Both the position numbers and the translations under genes were made by a program. From assembly GCA_045110575.1 (NCBI GenBank), contig JBGCGF010000017.1, positions 9,445-73,444 of the forward strand: DNA of 64,000 bases, in the 5' to 3' direction. The notes under the pieces are model-generated. The model made no database searches. It saw nothing but the letters and a program-made list of their open reading frames with translations, and was not told the DNA's origin. Source of the stretch: Saprospiraceae bacterium. GTDB taxonomy: Bacteria > Bacteroidota > Bacteroidia > Chitinophagales > Saprospiraceae. The stretch's first letter is position 1, and each line of letters begins with the position of its first letter. Of this stretch, positions 46,768 through 54,608 are shown piece by piece.

Positions 46768-47593
46768 GTGAGGAGGTTTGGGGTTTTGGCGAAAGCTGAA
46801 CAGGATTGGAAATAACGTAATACGCAGCCGTACTAACGAAGTTGCGGACAATCGGAATTGCGCTGAGGAAGTTGAATTGCTTCCTCGCTGCTATTCCGAA
46901 TTTAAGCGCATAAATCGGATTGAACATCCATAGAATGCGCTCACTGACTTCTAGATTGCTGTCTTTAACAATTCGCTCAAAGCGCTCGGTTGTAATACGA
47001 GTAGACCTTACGTTTTCTAGTTCGTCTCGAATTACAGCCGGTTCACCAGCTAATTTGACCCAACCCCGATACATCGGTGCTGGAAGCAAGTGTATCCAAG
47101 GAACTTTACTTACGAATGGCGTTCTGCCCACTTGTTGGTGACCGCCAAAGGGCATCATCCAAGGTGGAAAGCCGAAAAAAATCTTCCCGCCGGGAGCAAG
47201 AAATTCCGCAAGCCTAGGCACCATCTTCTCTTGATTTGGGATGTGCTCAATCACGTCTTTTAGTATGATTGCATCAAAACCAGCAGGCTCTAGCTCATGA
47301 GGATCGACCTTATAGATGTCCTGCGTGCGGATTGAAGCTCTTCCAGCGGCGATTGAATCCTTCAGAAAAGATCGCGCAAGCTCAGCACGAGAATGCTCAA
47401 GCTCAATCCCGACGCCATAATGGCCCTCATCAACGAATGCTTTTAGTACGCCCGCCTCAGCACATCCGACTTCCAACACGCGCCAAGGGCCTTGCTTTTT
47501 GATATGCTTAGCAAGCATAGGCAATACGTATTCCTGTGAGATGCGGCGTTGCATCTCGAAATAGCGACTCTTATTAGTGTGGAACTCGAACAT
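46748..47593 (-). CDS. Class I SAM-dependent methyltransferase
   Basis: Motif I VLEVGCAEAGVL, then the acidic residue (GIELE) and DAIILKDVIEH (motif II/III region). 281 aa. Confidence 0.8.
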   Translation of the reverse strand: MFEFHTNKSRYFEMQRRISQEYVLPMLAKHIKKQGPWRVLEVGCAEAGVLKAFVDEGHYGVGIELEHSRAELARSFLKDSIAAGRASIRTQDIYKVDPHELEPAGFDAIILKDVIEHIPNQEKMVPRLAEFLAPGGKIFFGFPPWMMPFGGHQQVGRTPFVSKVPWIHLLPAPMYRGWVKLAGEPAVIRDELENVRSTRITTERFERIVKDSNLEVSERILWMFNPIYALKFGIAARKQFNFLSAIPIVRNFVSTAAYYVISNPVQLSPKPQTSSHAAVAG

Positions 47594-47748
47594 TGTAAAG
47601 CGTAGTAGCGGAACGTAAGATTAGTACAAGCAAGTACGCAAACGAAGACCACTTGTTAAGACTTCTTGTAAAAATGCAAGTTATCAGCCATATAACACTC
47701 AGAAAACCCAACCAACGAGATGTTTTTCTAAGATTTGTTTGACTCAAT

Positions 47749-47780
47749 TTGTTTTATATAACAATTTGTGTTTATGTTTG
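47749..47780 (+). promoter_or_regulatory. Candidate promoter for the 47800 gene
   Basis: TTG-N21-TATGTTTG (perfect TAnnTTTG). The -7 box ends 19 nt before the ATG. Confidence 0.4.
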
Positions 47781-47799
47781 CATCGCCAACACAAACACT

Positions 47800-48525
47800 A
47801 TGAAAAATTCAACGACAGCAGCAACGACTACCCTAACGGGTGGTAGACTTCTTGGAGGACTCGTTTGGGAATTGAGCCTTTTAGGTCACAAGACGATAGA
47901 CATCGTTCGCCTTATCCTGACTCCAGGTGGATGGTTCCGAAGTTTACCTCACGTCCGTATTCTTCTCGTTTTAGGGATGGTCGCTCTAATTTCTAATGAG
48001 GACATCTCTTTTAGCCTCAGACTAGGTGATTCTGATGCGGCATTGACGAGCACGCAAACCGTGTCCACTGCAGCAAATGCAGGATTCTTTAGTGATAGAG
48101 CTAGCCTACTAGGATCAATGTTCTCTTCTTCAGCTTTCGCCAAAACATCGCTAACCCACATGGATTCGCGAACAGGTGTTGCACTCATTGATCGCTTTAA
48201 ATCAACTGCAGCAAAAGAGCAAGAAAGCCTAGGAGTAGACGCTGGAGTATTGCTCGCTGCTGCTATCGCTGCCGCAGTTGTCGAAACACCTGATCAAGTC
48301 GACAACCTTGCGTTTACAACCAACTACTTTGGATCTGCCTTGGAAGGAACCTACCCAACGGCATGGGCTTCATGGAGAGCCATGAGTCTAGCAGTCGCTG
48401 CCTCCACTGCTGAGTTGTCTCAACCTACCCGAGATGATTTCGTTCGTGCAGCTTCAAATGAGTTCGCAGACAGTGAAGCAGCTCAAAAACGCATCTATGA
48501 AGCATTGCGCTTCTACCAACTATAA
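47800..48525 (+). CDS. Hypothetical Ala-rich protein with weak glucosaminidase (FlgJ/LytD-type)-like C-terminal half
   Basis: The ATG at 47800 (MKNSTTAATTT...) is preferred over the upstream TTG. LIDRFKSTAAKEQESLGVDAGVLLAAAIAAAVVETP...NLAFTTNYFG loosely parallels F(I)..Y...A..EQ...GIPAS..LAQ.ILESG.....LA...NN.FGIK. Low-confidence resemblance. Confidence 0.5.
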   Translation: MKNSTTAATTTLTGGRLLGGLVWELSLLGHKTIDIVRLILTPGGWFRSLPHVRILLVLGMVALISNEDISFSLRLGDSDAALTSTQTVSTAANAGFFSDRASLLGSMFSSSAFAKTSLTHMDSRTGVALIDRFKSTAAKEQESLGVDAGVLLAAAIAAAVVETPDQVDNLAFTTNYFGSALEGTYPTAWASWRAMSLAVAASTAELSQPTRDDFVRAASNEFADSEAAQKRIYEALRFYQL

Positions 48526-48705
48526 AACGTGACTTCCCTTCACCCGGAAATCAATGCTTATAAGCAAGCTATCTGATCTCCAGAATAGCTTTTTAGAAAC
48601 TATGACCCTTTGAACCTAGACGTAGATAGCACGACATCGTGCTCATCTAGGTCCCGCTCAAACTGATACAACAAACATTTCCCAGTAGTTTCTCATTTCA
48701 TTCGG

Positions 48706-48737
48706 AGCCGAAGGATACGTCCTTCGGCTTCCTTTTT
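48706..48737 (+). terminator. Hairpin with UACG tetraloop and T-tract
   Basis: AGCCGAAGGA-TACG-TCCTTCGGCT then TCC and T5. It lies about 180 nt downstream of the 47800 gene stop. Confidence 0.55.
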
Positions 48738-48742
48738 GTAAG

Positions 48743-48760
48743 AATTTTGAATTTTGAATT
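48743..48760 (+). repeat. AT-rich motif AATTTTGAATTTTGAATT (also found at 60013-60151)
   Basis: Direct reading. The same 15-mer AATTTTGAATTTTGA recurs at 60013 (+) and as the reverse complement at 60099. Confidence 0.7.
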
Positions 48761-48834
48761 CGCTTTAAGCGACGCTCACACAGGACGCACTGCAAGTTTC
48801 AGCTCTCCTCGGCTCCGAATACTGAGAAAGGCAC

Positions 48835-48879
48835 TAAAAGCAAAGTAGCTCACCCTGCACTTTGGCAGAATGAGCTACT
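48835..48879 (-). terminator. Candidate ettA terminator
   Basis: 9-bp inverted repeat AGTAGCTCA / TGAGCTACT, followed on the minus strand by TTGCTTTTA. It lies 33 nt downstream of the ettA stop. Confidence 0.5.
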
Positions 48880-48911
48880 ATTAACTTACTAATCCTTGAG
48901 CTAGAAGGTAA

Positions 48912-50594
48912 TTAAGCTCTATTGATTACGTTCTTGAAGCGTGGTCGACGAGGAGCAACATCTCCTAGGCGAGCCTTCTTCGCTGCTTCGTAATCAGAGT
49001 AGTTCCCTTCGAAGAATACTACTTCTGAATCACCTTCAAACGCAATGATGTGTGTAGCGAGGCGATCCATGAACCAACGGTCGTGACTAATAAGAACGAC
49101 GGTTCCCGCAAAACCTTCAAGTGCATCCTCCAACGCGCGAAGCGTGTTGATGTCGAGGTCGTTTGTAGGCTCATCGAGTAGAAGCACATTTCCACCCTCC
49201 TTCAACGTCATTGCCAAGTGAACGCGGTTGCGCTCTCCACCGGATAGTACGCCGATCTTCTTGTTTTGATCTGGACCTGCAAAGTTAAATCGACTCAAAT
49301 AGGCACGGGCATTAAGCTCGCGATCACCCAACTTGACGAATTCATTTCCTTCAGCAACCGCTTCTAGAATGGTCTTCTCCGGAGTAAGGTCTTCGTGTTT
49401 CTGGTCAACATAGCTGAGCTCTACCGTATCGCCAATTTCGACTTTACCGTTGTCCGCTGTCTCTTCTCCCGTTATGATTCGGAAAAGCGTCGACTTACCT
49501 ACGCCGTTTGCTCCAATCACGCCTACGATCGCAGTACGTGGAATACTTAGGTCGAGGTTTTCAAACAGGAGTTGGTCACCATACGCTTTTGAGATCTTCT
49601 CAATGTCAATGACACTATCACCTAGACGAGGTCCAGGAGGAATAAACATCTCAAGTTTCTTCTGACGCTCTTGGCCTTCATCACCCGCCATTTTTTCATA
49701 TGCACTAAGTCGAGCCTTGCTCTTTGCTTGACGCGCTTTAGGAGACATACGCACCCAATCAAGCTCACGCTGGAGGGTTTTGCGACGTTTTGACTCAGTC
49801 TTCTCTTCTTTCTCTAAGCGATCAGCCTTTTGCTCTAACCAACTAGAGTAATTTCCTTTCCAAGGAATCCCCTCTCCGCGATCAAGTTCGAGGATCCAGC
49901 CAGCAACATTGTCAAGGAAGTAGCGATCGTGCGTTACAGCAATGACCGTTCCTTTGAACTGTTGCAAATACTGCTCTAGCCAATGCACGCTCTCTGCATC
50001 GAGGTGGTTGGTAGGCTCATCAAGAAGCAGGATATCTGGATCTCCGAGAATCAATCGCGCTAAAGCGACACGACGACGCTCACCTCCAGAAAGTACTGAA
50101 ATCAACTTCTCAGGATCAGGACAGCGCAATGCTTCCATTGCTGTCTCCACTCGAGTCTCGACTTCCCAACCGTTGAGGCGATCTAATTCATCGGTCAATT
50201 CACCTTGGCGCTCGATGAGTTTATTCATCGCATCGTCGCTCATTGGCTCAGCAAACTTGTTGTTTACCTCTTCGTACTCCTTGAGAATACCGTAAAGCTC
50301 GCCTAGACCTTCTTCAACTGTTTGCTTAACAGTCTTCTCTTCGTCTAGCTGTGGCTCCTGGTGCAAGTATCCAATCTTGTAAGTGCCGTCAAACTGCAAA
50401 TCACCTTGAAAGTTGGTGTCCTCTCCAGATACGATCCGTAGTACGGTCGACTTACCCGAACCGTTAAGTCCGAGGATTCCAATCTTAGCTCCGTAAAAGA
50501 AGCTGAGGTTGATATTCTTGAGAATCTGCTTCTTACCACCGTCAACAAACTTGTTGACGCGTGACATAGAGAATATAATCTTATCGTCGGCCAT
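48912..50594 (-). CDS. ettA: Energy-dependent translational throttle protein EttA (ABC-F ATPase)
   Basis: MADDKIIFSMSRVNKF...GAKIGILGLNGSGKST. Two ABC cassettes (LSGGERRRVALARL and LSGGERNRVHLAMT) with no TM domain. 560 aa. Confidence 0.93.
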   Translation of the reverse strand: MADDKIIFSMSRVNKFVDGGKKQILKNINLSFFYGAKIGILGLNGSGKSTVLRIVSGEDTNFQGDLQFDGTYKIGYLHQEPQLDEEKTVKQTVEEGLGELYGILKEYEEVNNKFAEPMSDDAMNKLIERQGELTDELDRLNGWEVETRVETAMEALRCPDPEKLISVLSGGERRRVALARLILGDPDILLLDEPTNHLDAESVHWLEQYLQQFKGTVIAVTHDRYFLDNVAGWILELDRGEGIPWKGNYSSWLEQKADRLEKEEKTESKRRKTLQRELDWVRMSPKARQAKSKARLSAYEKMAGDEGQERQKKLEMFIPPGPRLGDSVIDIEKISKAYGDQLLFENLDLSIPRTAIVGVIGANGVGKSTLFRIITGEETADNGKVEIGDTVELSYVDQKHEDLTPEKTILEAVAEGNEFVKLGDRELNARAYLSRFNFAGPDQNKKIGVLSGGERNRVHLAMTLKEGGNVLLLDEPTNDLDINTLRALEDALEGFAGTVVLISHDRWFMDRLATHIIAFEGDSEVVFFEGNYSDYEAAKKARLGDVAPRRPRFKNVINRA

Positions 50595-50653
50595 GGCGCG
50601 AATGTAGCGTTACCCAGCGTGCGAATGCTACATAGGAGGTATGAAACTCTCAA

Positions 50654-51022
50654 CTAATCCCAAAAACCAAAGGCATCCTTGACCCACGTGATCTTGATAT
50701 TGTCGCCAGCATCGATCAGCACTACAATGACATCAAACTGAAAATCACCGTTGTAACCGGCATCTTCCATGTAACGAGAGGCAGCGTTCATCACACGTTG
50801 TTGCTGCTTAATACTCACTGCTGAAAGTGCATCATCTACGTCTTGCCAAGTCCGTGTCTTGACTTCAACGAAGTGCAACGTACTTTTTTCTCTAGCAACA
50901 ATATCGACCTCAGCCCTACTCCAGCGGTAGTTTCGAGCTAGAACGTCGACCTCTAATTCGACTAAAAACGCACATGCGAGGTCTTCTCCACGTTTTCCAA
51001 AACTGATGTGTTTTGCTGCCAT
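50654..51022 (-). CDS. yraN: YraN-family (UPF0102) endonuclease-like protein
   Basis: GKRGEDLACAFL...ARNYRWSRAEVDIVAREKSTLHFVEVKTR is the YraN pattern. 122 aa. Confidence 0.85.
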   Translation of the reverse strand: MAAKHISFGKRGEDLACAFLVELEVDVLARNYRWSRAEVDIVAREKSTLHFVEVKTRTWQDVDDALSAVSIKQQQRVMNAASRYMEDAGYNGDFQFDVIVVLIDAGDNIKITWVKDAFGFWD

Positions 51023-51061
51023 TTGGTACTGCTACATTTGCGCGCTCAATCTACTAACGCT

Positions 51062-52375
51062 ATGTCACGTATTTCAATCGACACGACTTACCTCGATCCT
51101 TTCTTCAATTCTGAAGAAGTAGGTAACCTAGAACCGCTCGCTACCATTGCCAACGATGAGATGTTGGTCAAGCACAAAGGTCCAGGATCGGACTACCATG
51201 GTTGGATTGAGCTTCCAAACGATTACGACAAGGAAGAGTACGCTCGCATTGTCTTGTCTGCTGAGAAGCTTGCTGACAAAATTGATGTCTTACTTGTCAT
51301 CGGTATTGGAGGCAGCTACCTCGGAGCACGCGCTGCGTTGCATGCACTGTCGGACAGTTTTAGCGACAGCTTGACTAGAGAAGAGCGTGGTACACCACAG
51401 GTAATTTTCGCAGGTACTCAATTAAGTGCTCGCTACCATCACCAATTGCTCCAGTTTCTGGAAGACAAACGGTTTGCGATTAACATCATCTCTAAGTCTG
51501 GAACGACCACAGAGCCGGCACTGGCTTTCCGTCTTTTCCGCAAGGAGCTTGAACGTCGTCATGGCGCAGACGGGGCACGTGACTTGATCGTCGCGACAAC
51601 AGACAAGCAACGCGGTAAGCTCTATGAACTAGCCGTTGAAAAAGGATACGAGCGCTTTGTGGTGCCTGACGATGTCGGTGGTCGATACAGCGTACTTACA
51701 GCAGTCGGACTATTCCCACTGGCCGTTGCCGGTGTCGATACGGATGCCTTAATGGAAGGAGCTCAGGAAGCTCTTGCAGATGCAGCTAAACCGTTCGCAG
51801 AAAACGAAATGTTGCGCTACGCAGCAATGCGTCATGCACTTTATCAGCGTGGAAAATCGATCGAACTTCTCGTTAGCTACGATCCACGATTCCAGTACAT
51901 CGCAGAATGGTGGAAACAACTCTACGGTGAAAGTGAAGGCAAAGACAACAAAGCACTTTATCCAGCTTCAGCACAGTTCACAGCAGACCTGCACTCCCTC
52001 GGACAATACATCCAAGATGGGCGTCGCCATCTCTTTGAGACTGTGCTTCTTGAAACGGAGACATCGTACGAGCTTACCATCGAGGATGTCGACGGCAATC
52101 CTGATGGATTGAATTACCTCGCCGGTAAGGACATGTTTTATGTCAATGAAAAAGCTGCTGAAGGAACACTCAATGCACACCGTGATGGTGGAGTACCCAA
52201 TGTAGTATTACGAATGCCCGAACTGGATGCGAGAACCCTCGGATACCTATTTTACTTCTTCATGAGAAGCTGTGGTGTTAGCGCTTACATGCTCGGTGTC
52301 AATCCGTTTGACCAACCAGGTGTAGAAGCTTACAAAAGCAATATGTTCACTTTACTCGGCAAGCCAAATGTTTAG
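51062..52375 (+). CDS. pgi: Glucose-6-phosphate isomerase (short ~440 aa type)
   Basis: VIGIGGSYLGARA, ISKSGTTTEP, GGRYSVLTAVGL and WWKQLYGESEGK are PGI motifs. The ATG at 51062 is preferred over the 18-codon extension. Confidence 0.93.
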   Translation: MSRISIDTTYLDPFFNSEEVGNLEPLATIANDEMLVKHKGPGSDYHGWIELPNDYDKEEYARIVLSAEKLADKIDVLLVIGIGGSYLGARAALHALSDSFSDSLTREERGTPQVIFAGTQLSARYHHQLLQFLEDKRFAINIISKSGTTTEPALAFRLFRKELERRHGADGARDLIVATTDKQRGKLYELAVEKGYERFVVPDDVGGRYSVLTAVGLFPLAVAGVDTDALMEGAQEALADAAKPFAENEMLRYAAMRHALYQRGKSIELLVSYDPRFQYIAEWWKQLYGESEGKDNKALYPASAQFTADLHSLGQYIQDGRRHLFETVLLETETSYELTIEDVDGNPDGLNYLAGKDMFYVNEKAAEGTLNAHRDGGVPNVVLRMPELDARTLGYLFYFFMRSCGVSAYMLGVNPFDQPGVEAYKSNMFTLLGKPNV

Positions 52376-53570
52376 TTCACAGCGCGCTCCGCGCCCCTAC
52401 CCTAACCTTCTCCTTGCTGTTTGTGATGGCCTTGATGAAGTATTCAACCAAGGTTACTACGCTGATCGTGTAGTCTCACATTTACTCAAACGTGATAAGC
52501 GATGGGGAGCTCGTGATCGTGGCTTTATCGCCGAGACACTTTACGATAGTGTTCGATGGTGGCGTCTGCTTGTACACATTGGTGGCAGTGGCAAACCTGA
52601 GGCTATTCTAGCGTCTTACTGGGCGTGGAAATACAACGAGACACTTGACGTAGAAGGCTATCCTAGGATTGAACCTTTAGATGTGCAAGTAGCCTTGAAA
52701 GCTGCAGGAGACAACCCTGCGCTCCTTGCGAGCATGCCGGATTGGATCGATGAAATTGCCGCAGGTGAGCTTGGTGAAGAGTGGCCTACAATGAGGGATT
52801 CGCTCAACGAGCAAGCCTCTGTCTATCTCCGCACAAACACACTCAAAACAGACCGTAACACGCTGTTAGACGAGTTGCTCAAGGAAGGCTTTGACGTCGA
52901 AGCTGACCCAAGGGGAGACTTGGCCATTAAGGTCTTGAAAAGGAGAAACCTTTGGAAAACTAACGCCTTCCAATCTGGTCATTTTGAGGTGCAAGACATA
53001 GCGAGTCAGCAGGTCGCACCAGCCCTTGACATCCAGCCAGGAATGACGGTTGTTGACGCATGTGCCGGAGCAGGAGGAAAGACACTCCAAATCGCTGCCT
53101 TGATGAAGAACAAAGGTCGGCTCATTGCAATGGACACCGAAGAGCGAAAGCTAGTCGAACTAAAAAAACGGGCAAAACGAGCTGGCATTTCCAACTTAGA
53201 CATCCGACCGATTACCTCCACGAAAGTTATCAAACGATTGGTTGGGAAAGCTGATCGTATTTTGCTAGATGTCCCCTGTTCTGGACTCGGTGTTTTGCGC
53301 CGAAACCCAGATGCTAAATGGAAGCTAAAACCTCAGTTCCTAGAAGAGGTAAAAACGTGGCAGGCAGATATCCTTTCTAGTTATTCAAGGATACTAAAGC
53401 CTGACGGAAAGCTCGTTTATGCGACGTGCAGCATCTTACCTTCTGAGAGTGAAGAGCAGGTTGCGAAGTTTATAGAAGCAAACGATGGATGGCAAGTTGA
53501 CCAGCAATTACGACTGTCACCAGTTGATGATTACGATGGTTTCTACCATGCACTACTTACTAAGGCCTAA
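52368..53570 (+). CDS. RsmB/NOP2/Sun-family RNA cytosine-C5 methyltransferase
   Basis: VVDACAGAGGKTLQIAAL (SAM motif), LLDVPCSGLGVLRRNPD and LVYATCSILPSE (the two catalytic Cys motifs). The ATG overlaps the pgi stop by 8 nt. Confidence 0.88.
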   Translation: MFSSQRAPRPYPNLLLAVCDGLDEVFNQGYYADRVVSHLLKRDKRWGARDRGFIAETLYDSVRWWRLLVHIGGSGKPEAILASYWAWKYNETLDVEGYPRIEPLDVQVALKAAGDNPALLASMPDWIDEIAAGELGEEWPTMRDSLNEQASVYLRTNTLKTDRNTLLDELLKEGFDVEADPRGDLAIKVLKRRNLWKTNAFQSGHFEVQDIASQQVAPALDIQPGMTVVDACAGAGGKTLQIAALMKNKGRLIAMDTEERKLVELKKRAKRAGISNLDIRPITSTKVIKRLVGKADRILLDVPCSGLGVLRRNPDAKWKLKPQFLEEVKTWQADILSSYSRILKPDGKLVYATCSILPSESEEQVAKFIEANDGWQVDQQLRLSPVDDYDGFYHALLTKA

Positions 53571-54508
53571 TCTGCAATTTGGCCTCCAAGCGTTAGGTCA
53601 ATTGAAGTGAGCGAATTAGCGGATACACGAGTAATACGTGTATCCGACTGGACATCAGCATCTGCCTGCAGGAGTTCTTTGAACTCGAGTACACCATCTT
53701 GGTTTAGGTCAACGTAGTGAGCAACCACTAAATCGTAAGCACCAGCTTGTAATACAGGGAAGTCGAAATGATCATTCCTGCGCACTTTTGAAGCGATTTC
53801 AGCAGAAGCAAATCCGTTGCGAACTTCTTCAGTGCGATTGAAGTCTCCTTTCGCGTATGCATAAACGATCAGGCGGTAAGTTTGGCGGGGAGTTGCCTCT
53901 GTTCGCGTAATTTCTCCATGGATACGACCAACTGTTTTGGGATCAAACAGCTTGATCATATTGCTACCGGGTTGGTTTTCCCGAAAGGAAAAATCTAACT
54001 CACCATCATTACTCGTAGTGATCAATTTGTTCAGATCGAGAAGCATCAGACGCTTGGTCGTCAGACCACTATTGATCAAAAAACTACCTTCTGTCTGAAG
54101 CGCATAGGTTGAATTTTGGCCGATTCCTAGTCGATCTAATCCACCATCTAAAGTAGATACATGACAACCAGTTACGTCAGTATTCAAGTCTATGTTGATG
54201 TTAGCATAACCACCTGGTGCAAGGACAGCATGCGAGCCAACTTGGACTCGGTTTGGCTCAGCAGTTGAGTCAAATACGAGGTCCTCATCGGGCACGAGAC
54301 TCTCGTTTAACAGCTCCCCAATGCGGACTTCATCAATTGCCAAAGAAGCAGATTGCGCGTAAGGGTGAATCATCGGATTGACGATGACTTCTAATTGGAA
54401 ATATCCCTCCTCGGCAAACGTCGCTAACTGGCCGCTGTCCTTCTCACAAGAAGAAGCAGTCAAGACTAGTCCGACACCTAAAAGGGCATTTAAAACCTTG
54501 TTAATCAT
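53567..54508 (-). CDS. Hypothetical lipoprotein
   Basis: MINKVLNALLGVGLVLTASSCEKD is a lipoprotein signal (lipobox ..SSC). No family recognised with confidence. It converges on the RsmB-like gene, and the stop codons overlap by 4 nt. Confidence 0.6.
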   Translation of the reverse strand: MINKVLNALLGVGLVLTASSCEKDSGQLATFAEEGYFQLEVIVNPMIHPYAQSASLAIDEVRIGELLNESLVPDEDLVFDSTAEPNRVQVGSHAVLAPGGYANINIDLNTDVTGCHVSTLDGGLDRLGIGQNSTYALQTEGSFLINSGLTTKRLMLLDLNKLITTSNDGELDFSFRENQPGSNMIKLFDPKTVGRIHGEITRTEATPRQTYRLIVYAYAKGDFNRTEEVRNGFASAEIASKVRRNDHFDFPVLQAGAYDLVVAHYVDLNQDGVLEFKELLQADADVQSDTRITRVSANSLTSIDLTLGGQIAD

Positions 54509-54608
54509 AGTTGGGGCATTGAAGCTAGGGCTACGCTATTTGTCGCAAAGGATGAGCCAATAGCAAGTAAAATTGGGCGAATTGGCCGCGATTCGCCAAC
54601 TTGCAGAA

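Noticed and set aside
46768-46851. 28-codon N-terminal extension of the porP-like ORF
   Set aside because: It lies wholly inside the methyltransferase coding region in another frame. The internal ATG at 46767 is the more plausible start, although the true start remains uncertain.
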